Below are positions 10,090 through 21,584 of a stretch of DNA of 64,000 nt, one piece after another; the stretch's first letter is position 1; the number at the start of each line of letters is the position of its first letter. The position numbers and the translations under genes were made by a program. The notes below the pieces were generated by a model. That model was not told where the DNA came from and made no database searches. It saw only the letters and a list, made by a program, of their open reading frames with translations. Source of the DNA: Patescibacteria group bacterium (GTDB lineage: Bacteria > Patescibacteriota > Patescibacteriia > UBA1558 > S5-K13); contig JAQUXC010000001.1 of the NCBI GenBank assembly GCA_028692545.1, positions 92,658 to 156,657 on the forward strand, read 5' to 3'.

Positions 10090-10118
10090 TTGACAATGAT
10101 ATATTTCTTAGATATAAT
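10090..10118 (+). promoter_or_regulatory. Consensus sigma70 promoter of tRNA-Ser
   Basis: TTGACA-17 bp-TATAAT. Confidence 0.8.
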
Positions 10119-10133
10119 TTTAACACGTTTAAT

Positions 10134-11802
<1,669 letters not shown>

Positions 11803-11993
11803 TGTGTTTTGGAAAATATCCGAACAGAAATGGCGGCGGCTGAGAATCTCCGCGGGGCAGCCGCCGCCAAATCCTCAAAAAACTAATCTGTCGCTTCCCA
11901 AAACTGCCAAAGAACCAGAATGGAAGATATCGGCTCGGACTTCATTTCGGTCAAAAGCGGAATTTTTCTCATCTTTAGATTTATCATACTACG

Positions 11994-12042
11994 TATTGTA
12001 TTATAATACAATATTGCTTAATAAAGCAAGGAAGAGTAAAAT
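11994..12042. promoter_or_regulatory. Divergent promoters with a 20-bp palindromic operator
   Basis: TATTGTATTATAATACAATA (11994-12013) is a perfect palindrome; plus strand TTGCTT-17-TAAAAT (12014-12042); minus strand TTGCTT-18-TATAAT (12029-12000). Confidence 0.65.
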
Positions 12043-12054
12043 TAAAACAAGTTT

Positions 12055-12261
12055 ATGAACAAAATTTCTAAAAAATTAGGTCAAAACCTTAAAAAAATCC
12101 GTACTCAAAAAGGAATTTCTCAAGGAGACATTTCTCGTAAGTTAGATATGGACAGAGGTTATATTAGTCGTTTAGAAAATGGGATGAAGAATCCTACCCT
12201 TTCTACTATTCAAAAAATAGCTGATTTTTTAGATGTTAGTGTAAACGATTTAATGAAATAA
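12055..12261 (+). CDS. XRE-family helix-turn-helix regulator
   Basis: LGQNLKKIRTQKGISQ...YISRLENGMKNPTL. Confidence 0.92.
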   Translation: MNKISKKLGQNLKKIRTQKGISQGDISRKLDMDRGYISRLENGMKNPTLSTIQKIADFLDVSVNDLMK

Positions 12262-12270
12262 TATAAAAAT

Positions 12271-12717
12271 ATGAGCAATTGGTTAAAAAATATATATGAG
12301 ACTTCTGTTGCTAAAAACATTATTGAAGCTAAAAATACTCGAGATTATCTAAGGAACAATACTAATTTAGAAGAAGTTGCTGGAAAAAAATCTATTGAAT
12401 CCCTTGGTGATCCCAATAAAGTTTCTAAAAAATTAAAAAGAACTTGGTTTTGGCACGATTATGGTATTGCTTTTTATATTCCATTATTCTTTTCTGTATT
12501 ATCCTTTGGTTTTCTAATTTTTTATATAAAAACCTATTTAGCTTTTATTGTTAGTATAGTTGTTTTTATTTTAGCAGTGATAATTACTGTCAAAATTATA
12601 TATCAGAAGCAAAAAAAATATATAAAATGGTATAAATCTTTATCAAAAGAAGATATACAAAAAATGCTTGATATGTATCCCAAAAATGTAAAATATGAAG
12701 AGAAAATAATTAAATAA
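12271..12717 (+). CDS. Hypothetical membrane protein
   Basis: Two TM segments; operonic with the XRE gene. Confidence 0.7.
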   Translation: MSNWLKNIYETSVAKNIIEAKNTRDYLRNNTNLEEVAGKKSIESLGDPNKVSKKLKRTWFWHDYGIAFYIPLFFSVLSFGFLIFYIKTYLAFIVSIVVFILAVIITVKIIYQKQKKYIKWYKSLSKEDIQKMLDMYPKNVKYEEKIIK

Positions 12718-12728
12718 CAAAAAAATAT

Positions 12729-13016
12729 ATGAACATTTACAAAATTAGTAAAAGTCAATTAATTACCTCCTGGATATTTGGAATATTATATGCATTAACA
12801 ATCGCGATAATTTCAGATACAGAGTACATTTTAACTGCGACTTTAGCTATTCTAGTCCCTTATTTATTATTCTTTTACACTTTGGGGTGGAAACAAGTTA
12901 ATAAAGATATTAAAAATACAAAAAAAGAAAATATAATTTACTGTAACGAATGTGGTCAAAAATTATTAGAGGATGCTAAATTTTGCAATAAATGTGGAAA
13001 TACAATTAAGAAATAA
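12729..13016 (+). CDS. Membrane protein with C-terminal zinc ribbon
   Basis: 2 TM plus CNECG...FCNKCG. Confidence 0.8.
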   Translation: MNIYKISKSQLITSWIFGILYALTIAIISDTEYILTATLAILVPYLLFFYTLGWKQVNKDIKNTKKENIIYCNECGQKLLEDAKFCNKCGNTIKK

Positions 13017-13018
13017 TT

Positions 13019-13816
13019 TTGAAAAATATGGTAGAAGAAAAAACCATAAAAGAAATATATAAGGAGGAAAATTATAAAATAGAAAATTTAGAAGAAAAAA
13101 ATGAAGAAAATTTTTTCTCTTTCAAAGGAAGAATAACTAGGTTGACATACTTTATTAGATCTCTGGTACTATGGATACCTATGGTTATAATATACCTTTT
13201 AATAAAGGATGTGGATTTTATCTTTTCTGTATCAAGCTCACTTATCGGTTTTTTAAGTATGTGTATGTTGTTTTTATATATTTTGTTAATGATGCAAACT
13301 ATCAAAAGATTACATGACACAAATAATAGTGGTTCTTATTGGTTAATATCTTTTATTCCTATAGCCTGTCATGTTCTAGGGATATATTTATTAGTCAAAG
13401 ATGGTACAATTGGAGGAAACAAATATGGTCCAGACCCTAAAAACAGAAAAGAAGGTGAAATATATAATAAAGATGATAACTCAGAGATTAACAAAACTGA
13501 GCCTCAAGAAGATATAATAAAAGGAATTAAAAACAGATATATAATCTCTATTATATTTATACTAGTATTTCTGTTTTTCTTTATTATATTTTTAATTAAA
13601 ACTATAAATGATTTTACTTGGGGATTGTTAATAATTGATCTCCTAATGTTTGGTTTTGTAATTTTTCTATTAGAACGTTTCGTTTCAATAAAAGAAGAAT
13701 TAAATAATTGCAAAAAAGTAGATAAAAGCAACAAAACAAAATATTGTTCCAAATGTGGTAAAAAGATTTCTATTACTGATAAATTTTGCATTAAATGTGG
13801 AAATAAAATTAAATAA
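13019..13816 (+). CDS. DUF805-like membrane protein with C-terminal zinc ribbon
   Basis: FSFKGRITR, KRLHD, GNKYGPDP, CSKCG...FCIKCG. Confidence 0.82.
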   Translation: MKNMVEEKTIKEIYKEENYKIENLEEKNEENFFSFKGRITRLTYFIRSLVLWIPMVIIYLLIKDVDFIFSVSSSLIGFLSMCMLFLYILLMMQTIKRLHDTNNSGSYWLISFIPIACHVLGIYLLVKDGTIGGNKYGPDPKNRKEGEIYNKDDNSEINKTEPQEDIIKGIKNRYIISIIFILVFLFFFIIFLIKTINDFTWGLLIIDLLMFGFVIFLLERFVSIKEELNNCKKVDKSNKTKYCSKCGKKISITDKFCIKCGNKIK

Positions 13817-13829
13817 TAATCTTAAATAT

Positions 13830-14408
13830 ATGCATTGTCCAAAATGCAATCACAAATTATCTAGTGGAAGTAAGTTCTGCACTCAATGCGGTAATGAAAT
13901 AAAAATTATCGAAGAAACTTTAAAGGATAAAAAAGTAAGAGAAGAAAGAATAATATCCATAATATTTATATCAACACTCTTTATTCCTTTTATTATTTTT
14001 TTAGTCAAAATTATAAATAATTTTAATTGGGGAATCTTTATACTTGAACTTATTAACTTGTTATTTATAATTATTTGCTTGAAACACTTAATTTATACAG
14101 AAGATGAGACTGATGATTATAAAAATGAAAAAAAGTATTGGTATAATAAAAATATTTCTTATTATCCATTAACAACGATTATCATTTTTTATGGCTTTTT
14201 TATTCTTCTATCTGGTTTATTAAATTCAATGACCTTATTATTTCTTATCCCTTTACTCACAGCATACTTTTTATTTTGTTACCTTTTAAAACTTTGGAAT
14301 CAATGGGATAATGAAATAAATAAAAATATTATTAAAAAATTATTTTCTTATTTAATTGCAATATCTTTTCTAATAATCTTAATTTTCATTGCTTTTCTAG
14401 GTAAATAG
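13830..14408 (+). CDS. Membrane protein with N-terminal zinc ribbon (start moved to ATG 13830)
   Basis: MHCPKC...FCTQCG; upstream context is shared with the 14468 gene. Confidence 0.75.
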   Translation: MHCPKCNHKLSSGSKFCTQCGNEIKIIEETLKDKKVREERIISIIFISTLFIPFIIFLVKIINNFNWGIFILELINLLFIIICLKHLIYTEDETDDYKNEKKYWYNKNISYYPLTTIIIFYGFFILLSGLLNSMTLLFLIPLLTAYFLFCYLLKLWNQWDNEINKNIIKKLFSYLIAISFLIILIFIAFLGK

Positions 14409-14467
14409 TTTTACTAAATAATCAAAAGTATATAAATAAAATAAAATTAAATAATAACTTTAAATAT

Positions 14468-15712
14468 ATGCATTGTCCAAAATGTGGTCATAAATTACCT
14501 AACAAAAGTCAATTTTGTACTCAATGTGGAAATAAAATTTTATCTGAAAAAAATTTAGAAAAAAAAGAAGAAAAAGAGCAAAACATTGAAGAAAAAACGA
14601 AAAATAATAAATTAAAAGGTATGGGTGGATGGCTATCTTTTTTTATTTTATCTCTGATTATTTCTAATGTCTTAACTATCATTGAAGGAGCTAAAGATAT
14701 CTCTCTTATTTTAAGTTTTCCATATCTAGTAAGTTGGATGCCTTATTTTTTAATTCTTTTGGATGTCTTAATTTTTGGTAGTGTGATAGCATTTGGAGCT
14801 TATGCTATTTATTCATTTATAAAATTAAAACCCAACGCTGTTCATCTCGGAAAAATGTATTTAATTATAGTTTTTTTAAATAATGTAATGCCATTCATTT
14901 TTTCAGGCGAAACCATTTCTTATGATGAAGGTAGTGTCGTCTCTAGAGCTTTAGGTTATTGTATAACATGGTTTTTATATTTATCTTTATCAGAAAGAAT
15001 CAAAAATACTTTTCCAAAGGAAAAAAGAAAAATAAAAAAAATTGATAAAATTTTATTTTTTATAGTCATAATAATAGCCCTGATTTTTAATATATTAACA
15101 TCTTATATATTGTATAATAATGATGATACTTCAATGGAATATGACGAATTTGATTATAATATAGAAGAAATAGATAATTCTAAAGTAGAAATAGAAAAGA
15201 TAAACACAGAAAAAGACCCAAGTATTGGAGCAAAAAATCCTATAATGGAAATAGAAGAATTTGCTTCTTTTGATTGTCCTTATTCTGCCGTTTTTTATCC
15301 AGTATTGAGAAATTTTGTTCTAGACAACCCAAATAAAGTTAAAATTATTTTTAAAGATGCACCATATGATATCGAAGAGGATCTAAATATGAATTCTCAT
15401 TTAGCTGCTAACTGTGCTTATGAGCAAGGAAAATTTTGGGAAATGCATGATAAAATTTTCGACAACCAAGACAATATTACTAAATCAGTAATTAATCAAC
15501 TAGCAAAAGATATTGATCTAGATTTAGAAAAATTTAATATCTGTCTATCATCCGAGAGATATTATGAGGATATTGAAGAAGATTTTGCAGAAGTTATCAG
15601 TCGTGAGGTCGAAGGTACGCCTACAATTTTTATAAACGGAGAAAAATTTTCTGGTGTAATGTCTAGAGATATATTGGATCAAATCTTAGAAGCAATAGAG
15701 AATAATAGTTAA
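14468..15712 (+). CDS. Zinc-ribbon + multi-TM + DsbA/thioredoxin-like fusion protein
   Basis: MHCPKC, GMGGWL membrane domain, FDCPYS, EQGKFWEMHD, VEGTPTIFING. Confidence 0.82.
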   Translation: MHCPKCGHKLPNKSQFCTQCGNKILSEKNLEKKEEKEQNIEEKTKNNKLKGMGGWLSFFILSLIISNVLTIIEGAKDISLILSFPYLVSWMPYFLILLDVLIFGSVIAFGAYAIYSFIKLKPNAVHLGKMYLIIVFLNNVMPFIFSGETISYDEGSVVSRALGYCITWFLYLSLSERIKNTFPKEKRKIKKIDKILFFIVIIIALIFNILTSYILYNNDDTSMEYDEFDYNIEEIDNSKVEIEKINTEKDPSIGAKNPIMEIEEFASFDCPYSAVFYPVLRNFVLDNPNKVKIIFKDAPYDIEEDLNMNSHLAANCAYEQGKFWEMHDKIFDNQDNITKSVINQLAKDIDLDLEKFNICLSSERYYEDIEEDFAEVISREVEGTPTIFINGEKFSGVMSRDILDQILEAIENNS

Positions 15713-15718
15713 GATTCA

Positions 15719-17065
15719 ATGCATTTAAAATTTAAAAAAATAAAATCTATAAAATGGATAATAGTTATTTCTATTGTTTCAATCTTCTTGATTATTATTT
15801 TTTTAATATTCAATTTACAAAAAGAAAAATCCCAAAATTTTCAAGAGATTACTCAAAAATCTTTTAAATATTTAAATAATTCCGGTATTCGTCCAAAATG
15901 GCAAATGGATAACAAAAAAATTGAATACAAGGAATTTCTAAATGATGCATATGATTATCATGATGATATTCAGGATTGGTTTTTTAATAAAAAAGATTTA
16001 AAAGATATTAATAGCTGGCACTTTGATCAAAATATTCAAAAAATAATTTGGCTTAATAAAGAAGATACAGCAATATTAGAAGCCGATGCTCAAATAATTG
16101 GCACCCTGGGGTATTCTAGAAGAACTGGAATAGCTACTTGGAATTGGTCGTGGAATTCAAAAGATACAGAACCGGAATTAACGACTAAAATTGTTGAGGT
16201 AAAAGATTTTGGAGAAATCTATGATTATGATATTCGAGAAGCAAATGATGGAATTAACATTTTAACAGAAAATTATTGGGAAGCTAATGAAAACGATGCA
16301 ATAACAATAGCAGCAATTTCTCAATATATTGTTGGTGGAATAGGAGTATATCCAATGCCAGTAGATGATTATTTAACGGTATATGCATTAATTACAGGAC
16401 TGAGAACAACTAATGAAAAAATAGATTATTCTACGGATGATTATAATAAAAGAGATATCTATAAAAGTTATAAAATTGGAAATAATATTATAAATATATC
16501 AATTCCATATGACAGATATACTTATTATATAGAAAAAGAAACACACAGATTCAATAATGACTATTCAAATATTTTAGAATTTATAACATATAATGAACAA
16601 ACAATTGTAGAAATAGCTAAACAATTACAAATTCATTTTGAACCAGAAGAAGCAATTGAATCAATTTTTTATATAGTTTATCAAAATCGTTATTTAGATG
16701 ATTTTAATTATGGAACCCCAGAGTATCCAAAATATCCAATTGAAACACTAGTAGACGGGGCTGGGGATTGTGAAGATACTTCTTTTTTGCTGACAGCGCT
16801 ATTTAAAGCCTATTTAAATGAATATTACAAAGATGAAAACATTCCCGAAAATGAACAAATTAAAGTAGCGATATTAGAATATCCAGATCACATTGCAGTA
16901 GGAATTGGTTATTCCAATGAACTTTATGAAAATGATACAGAAATTTGTTATCAAAATGAAAATCATTGTTATTATTATATAGAAACAACCTCAGAAGATT
17001 TTTTCTTTGGAGAAATACCAGGGGAATATCAAAATATAAATCCAGTTATTTATATTGTAAAATAA
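15719..17065 (+). CDS. Membrane-anchored protein with C-terminal transglutaminase-like domain
   Basis: YPIETL...GDCED...HIAVG...YIETT. Confidence 0.75.
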   Translation: MHLKFKKIKSIKWIIVISIVSIFLIIIFLIFNLQKEKSQNFQEITQKSFKYLNNSGIRPKWQMDNKKIEYKEFLNDAYDYHDDIQDWFFNKKDLKDINSWHFDQNIQKIIWLNKEDTAILEADAQIIGTLGYSRRTGIATWNWSWNSKDTEPELTTKIVEVKDFGEIYDYDIREANDGINILTENYWEANENDAITIAAISQYIVGGIGVYPMPVDDYLTVYALITGLRTTNEKIDYSTDDYNKRDIYKSYKIGNNIINISIPYDRYTYYIEKETHRFNNDYSNILEFITYNEQTIVEIAKQLQIHFEPEEAIESIFYIVYQNRYLDDFNYGTPEYPKYPIETLVDGAGDCEDTSFLLTALFKAYLNEYYKDENIPENEQIKVAILEYPDHIAVGIGYSNELYENDTEICYQNENHCYYYIETTSEDFFFGEIPGEYQNINPVIYIVK

Positions 17066-17072
17066 TAGAAGT

Positions 17073-19475
17073 ATGAAATTAGAAATAATTAATAAAATTA
17101 AAAATTATAAATCATTTCGGGACTTTTCTTGGGATTCTTTTTTTAATTCTCAAAAATTTCACAACACAGTCAATATCTTTTATGGTGAAAATGGATCAGG
17201 CAAAAGTTCTATTTGTAATGTTCTAAAAAGTGTTTGTAATAAAAAATCATTTATAAATAATCAAATTCCCGATGAAATTTGTTTAAAATTTAATGATGGA
17301 GATTATAAATTTTCAAATGAATTAAATACTTGGGATAAGTATAAAAATAGTGACGATTTTTTATTTTTTGATCGTGAATTTGTTCATAACAATATACATT
17401 TAGGAAATACAAGAAAAACAGACGCAGAGGGTCAAGAACAAAAATCAGGAAAAATGATTATTGAATTTGACGGTAAAGCGATAGAACTTCGCAAATTAAA
17501 AAACAGTTTAAAGAAACAAATTTCAAAAAGCGAAGAAAATGAACCAGAAACATTGTTTGACCAACTAAAAAGTTTCCGAGAAGAACACAAAGATACTTTG
17601 AATTTTTCACTTTTAGATAATGAAGAGTCCTTGTTTACTACTTATAAAGATAAAACAAAAAAGGAAATCACTAAAATAAAAAAAGAATTCGCAGAAGAAA
17701 GAAAGGAAATTGAAAAAAAACTTGAAACTGACAAGGCAACTCAAAAACAGGTCAATAATATCCAAAATTCAATTTCTGAAATAAATAACGAAGAAAATGA
17801 ACTATCATTATCAGGACAATCTGATTATCAATTAATTTTCAATTTTGACTTAAAAGAACAGGTTCAAATACAAGCCGAACAAGATTTAATTACCAAAATA
17901 AGACAACACAAAGATTTTTTCCAAACTGGTATTGAAATCAGAGAAGAATATAAAAATAAATGTCCTTTTTGTCAGTCAAAGAATGAAGAAGAAAGTGTTG
18001 AAAAAATTATTAAATCCTACAATGATATTTTTGACGACACTTATCAAAAACAGCTCCAAATATTTAAAAATAACAAAAAAATACTGATTGAAGAACTAGA
18101 AAAAATCATTAATGTAATTAAAGATTATGACCTAAATTCTATTTTCGTTTCTTTAAGTGAACTTAATCAAAAATATAGAATCAGAGACATTTATTCAGTT
18201 GATGAACAAAAAAAATATAAAAAATCGACAACGAACAAAATTGCAAATTTAAAGAAAAAAATTGAAAATTTAAAAAAACCAAATAATGAAAATATAGAAG
18301 AAATTTACAATGAAGCAAAGATGGAATTTGAAACTTTAGAAACTTTTTTTGATGATATTTATGAATTTATTGAAGAAAAAAATACACTAATTCGTAAATT
18401 TAAGACTGAAAATACAGACGATAAAATACAGCAAAGAATCACAACAAACAATCAAAAAATAAAAGAAATTGATCTGAAAATTACTTTTTTAAATGAAAAG
18501 AAAATTGAAAAACAAAAGCAGAAAGAAGCTAAAGAAAAAGATCTTGCCATTATTCAAAAAAGATTTGAAATTTTAAAAGCAAAACATGATAAGGTTAAGG
18601 AAGATTATGAAAAATATTGTTCAGAAGAAGTTTTTAATAAAACTTTAAAAAAAATTGAAGAATATTTTGATAAATTCAAATTCAATTTTAAATTAAAACT
18701 GAAGACAGAAAAAACAAGAAATAAAACAGAACTTCCTTTTGCTTTTAAAGTTTTAGATAATGAAAAAAATGAAAGAGATTTTAAAGAAGGATTATCAGAA
18801 GGAGAATTGCAAGTTTTATCATTATGCTTTTTCTTTGCATTTCTCGATATACAAATAGACCCTCAAAATAAAATTTTAATATTTGATGATCCTATAACAA
18901 GTCTTGATAACAACAATTTAAGTCATTTAGTCGAACTAATTACAGAAAAACACACGAAGTTTTCTCAGACCTTTATTTTCACTCATCATAGAACATTTTT
19001 TAAGTTTTTGAGATCTAAATTCAATTTACAAAAAAAACCAAATAAAAAAGCAAGTGAATATTATATTTTTAGAAATAAAAAAGACTTTGGCGGTAGTTTT
19101 ATTTGTCCAAATAAAGTTGATAATATAAAACAAAAATTAAAAAATCTTGATTCACATATTAGTCAAGAATCTCAAAACGGTGGTATATCCGAAGAAAGTC
19201 TTATTATTGAATATGGGCAATATCTAAGATATGAAATAGAAAATTATATCAAAAATGACTTACTTCATATAAATAAGCCAAATTTCGGCAATGTTATTGA
19301 TTGTTTAGTAAAAAATAAAGAAAAACAAGAAGATATTCCTGTTGAAGATTTAAAAAAATTGAAAGAAATTTATTCATTCTGTAATTGGACAGCTTCACAT
19401 GTTAATGTTGGAGATGATCCTGGACTTAGGCAATTAAAAGATAAAATCAACGATTTTATCAATATTATTAAATAA
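17073..19475 (+). CDS. AAA_13/RloC-like ABC-ATPase with zinc hook (candidate defence protein)
   Basis: Walker A GENGSGKS, CPFC within coiled coil, LSEGE, FDDPITSLD, FTHH. Confidence 0.8.
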   Translation: MKLEIINKIKNYKSFRDFSWDSFFNSQKFHNTVNIFYGENGSGKSSICNVLKSVCNKKSFINNQIPDEICLKFNDGDYKFSNELNTWDKYKNSDDFLFFDREFVHNNIHLGNTRKTDAEGQEQKSGKMIIEFDGKAIELRKLKNSLKKQISKSEENEPETLFDQLKSFREEHKDTLNFSLLDNEESLFTTYKDKTKKEITKIKKEFAEERKEIEKKLETDKATQKQVNNIQNSISEINNEENELSLSGQSDYQLIFNFDLKEQVQIQAEQDLITKIRQHKDFFQTGIEIREEYKNKCPFCQSKNEEESVEKIIKSYNDIFDDTYQKQLQIFKNNKKILIEELEKIINVIKDYDLNSIFVSLSELNQKYRIRDIYSVDEQKKYKKSTTNKIANLKKKIENLKKPNNENIEEIYNEAKMEFETLETFFDDIYEFIEEKNTLIRKFKTENTDDKIQQRITTNNQKIKEIDLKITFLNEKKIEKQKQKEAKEKDLAIIQKRFEILKAKHDKVKEDYEKYCSEEVFNKTLKKIEEYFDKFKFNFKLKLKTEKTRNKTELPFAFKVLDNEKNERDFKEGLSEGELQVLSLCFFFAFLDIQIDPQNKILIFDDPITSLDNNNLSHLVELITEKHTKFSQTFIFTHHRTFFKFLRSKFNLQKKPNKKASEYYIFRNKKDFGGSFICPNKVDNIKQKLKNLDSHISQESQNGGISEESLIIEYGQYLRYEIENYIKNDLLHINKPNFGNVIDCLVKNKEKQEDIPVEDLKKLKEIYSFCNWTASHVNVGDDPGLRQLKDKINDFINIIK

Positions 19476-19768
19476 AAGAATTTGCCGCCAAGCGATTAGC
19501 GAAAGCTAATCGCACATTATGAATTTCAAACCTTATTTACCCCGCACCTTTTCTAAAAAAATGGTGCGGGGTGTATTTGAAATCCGTAGTGAAGAAAAAC
19601 TTGAAATCGGGGAAGCGACAGATTAGTTTTTTGAGGATTTGGCGGCGGCTGCCCCGCGGAGATTCTCAGCCGCCGCCATTTCTGTTCGGATATTTTCCAA
19701 AACACACCGCCACCCCGTGATAGCACGATGACCCCCATTTTATAGGGTCTTAGAGCTAGCACGAGGAA

Positions 19769-19792
19769 GTTCGAATCCCTTTGTGTCCGCCA
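19769..19792 (+). other. Degenerate tRNA 3'-end fragment (att scar)
   Basis: GTTCGAATCCCT is identical to tRNA-Ser 10221-10232 and is followed by TCCGCCA; no 5' half. Confidence 0.6.
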
Positions 19793-20015
19793 AGACAATT
19801 TATTATCGGAGTCAACCCATTTGTCTATGACGAATGTGCGACCCGACTGCCCAATAAATTGTAGATAAAAACAACGACTTCACAGTCGCTGTTTTTATTT
19901 TGCTCCATGCCGTATCTTCTTTAATAGAGCGGCTTTTTGTGGTACTATTTAATTAGTAGAGGAACAATATAACCAACTGATTAATATAAAAACTATTAAG
20001 TGGATTGGGAGAATA

Positions 20016-20318
20016 TTGGCATTAGGTATTTTAATTTTTGCCTTACCCTTTTATTTTGGCTACGGCAATCCTTTACCGTTTGCTAAAGCAGATTATTCCC
20101 TTTGGGAAAATGTCGCGCTTGCCATGATGCCATTGGTTTTTATCGGTTTGGCTCTGGGCTGGAAATATCCCAAAGTCGGAGGGTGGCTTATAATTATTTC
20201 AATCGCAATCGGATTAATTGTTGGGCTTTTAACTGAAGCAAATATTAGTGTCAATTTAGCCGTTCCTCTTATTCCGGGAATCTTATATTTGATAGATGGA
20301 TATAAAAAATATCAATAG
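20016..20318 (+). CDS. Small membrane protein (start uncertain)
   Basis: About four hydrophobic segments. Confidence 0.65.
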   Translation: MALGILIFALPFYFGYGNPLPFAKADYSLWENVALAMMPLVFIGLALGWKYPKVGGWLIIISIAIGLIVGLLTEANISVNLAVPLIPGILYLIDGYKKYQ

Positions 20319-20372
20319 ATAAGTTTCGTTTGATGTTCTAATGAAATAAAAACATCATCGGGTGTTTTAAAA

Positions 20373-20522
20373 TTGCCATTTTTAGCCTGATTTGATATAA
20401 TATATTTAATATGTTTCTGCATAATATATACAAAAACGCCACACTTTCTTTTCCTACCGTCACTTAGTCGGTTGTTTTTAGCGCCTGAGCAAAAACAACC
20501 GACTTAAAACGGTTGTTTTTTT
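20373..20522 (+). promoter_or_regulatory. Promoter, 18-codon leader ORF and alternative antiterminator/terminator hairpins upstream of rnk
   Basis: TTGCCA-17-TATAAT; leader 20411-20467; A(20466-20479):B(20491-20504) 14 bp versus B:C(20510-20520) 11 bp with T7. Confidence 0.65.
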
Positions 20523-20535
20523 AAATTTAGAATCT

Positions 20536-20931
20536 ATGACCAACATATACATTACAAAAAATGATCACAAAAAATTGATCAAGTTGATAAATGAAAAATT
20601 GCCGAATAACGACAGTACTCGTTCTTTGCTTTCGGAACTTAAAAGAGCGGAAATTGTCGAACCGAAAAAGATACCTGCCAATGTCATTACCATGAATTCC
20701 TTGGTGAATTTTACAGATGTAGATTCGGGAACGGAACTTGAGTATTGGTTAGTTTTCCCCGAGGATGCTGACATTGCTCAACGCAAGATATCAGTGATTT
20801 CTCCGGTGGGGTGTGCTTTATTGGGGTATCGCGTTGGTGATATCATTAATCTTAAAACACCGAGTGGAGAGAAAAAAATCAAAGTCGAAAAAATATTGCA
20901 CCAACCCGAAGCCGAAGGCAACTATGAATAA
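20536..20931 (+). CDS. rnk: Nucleoside diphosphate kinase regulator Rnk (GreA/GreB C-terminal fold)
   Basis: ELKRAEIV, VITMNS, LVFPEDAD, ISVISPVGCALLG, QPEA. Confidence 0.9.
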   Translation: MTNIYITKNDHKKLIKLINEKLPNNDSTRSLLSELKRAEIVEPKKIPANVITMNSLVNFTDVDSGTELEYWLVFPEDADIAQRKISVISPVGCALLGYRVGDIINLKTPSGEKKIKVEKILHQPEAEGNYE

Positions 20932-21580
20932 TATAAAAAACAAAAATAAAATAAGCACGACAATCCGCTTTTTAATATTGTCCGATTTTTTTCTTTTTTT
21001 TGCCGTCGGTTTATTGGCACCAATATTCGCCGTCTTTGTCCTTGACAATATAGATAACAAAATAGAAGTTATCGGTTTTGCCGTGTCTTGCTACTGGTTG
21101 ACCAGAGTGATTATGGTTGTTCCATTTAGCCGGCTAATGGATAAAATCAGGGGTGAAATTGACGAATATTCGTTCATGATCATTGGCACTTTTTTAATAT
21201 CGATCATTCCTTTGTTTTACATCATGTCATCCGCCTCTTGGCATATTTATGTATTGCAGATAGTGAACGGAATTGCTAACTCTATGGCGGTTCCGGCTTG
21301 GCGTATTCTCTTTACCAATCACATAGATAAAAAAATTGTAGGTCTTGAATGGTCGTTAGAAGATGTCGGGGTTGGCATCGCTACGGCCTCCAGCGCCACT
21401 ATCGGCGCTTTTATTGCCAGCAAGCTGGGTTTTAACGCTTTGTTTGGAATTATTTCGTTTTTTGGTTTAATAGCGACAATAATTCTTATTGTTTTGAGCA
21501 AGAAAAAAGGAATGATTTTAAGTAAATTTATCATCAATAAAGCGGAAAAAGCACCGCTCAAGTTGGATACTTTTAAATAA
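20924..21580 (+). CDS. Half-size (about 6 TM) MFS-like transporter (start moved to ATG 20924)
   Basis: MFS-like hydrophobic pattern; overlaps the rnk stop. Confidence 0.75.
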   Translation: MNNIKNKNKISTTIRFLILSDFFLFFAVGLLAPIFAVFVLDNIDNKIEVIGFAVSCYWLTRVIMVVPFSRLMDKIRGEIDEYSFMIIGTFLISIIPLFYIMSSASWHIYVLQIVNGIANSMAVPAWRILFTNHIDKKIVGLEWSLEDVGVGIATASSATIGAFIASKLGFNALFGIISFFGLIATIILIVLSKKKGMILSKFIINKAEKAPLKLDTFK

Positions 21581-21584
21581 ATTT

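Noticed and set aside
11804-12058. ORFs 11804..12058 (+) and 19553..19798 (-) as paralogous genes
   Set aside because: The shared peptide is a by-product of the 103-bp inverted repeat; no independent coding evidence
19713-19792. Complete tRNA at the right end of the element
   Set aside because: Only a T-loop and CCA-like end; no acceptor pairing, D arm or anticodon arm
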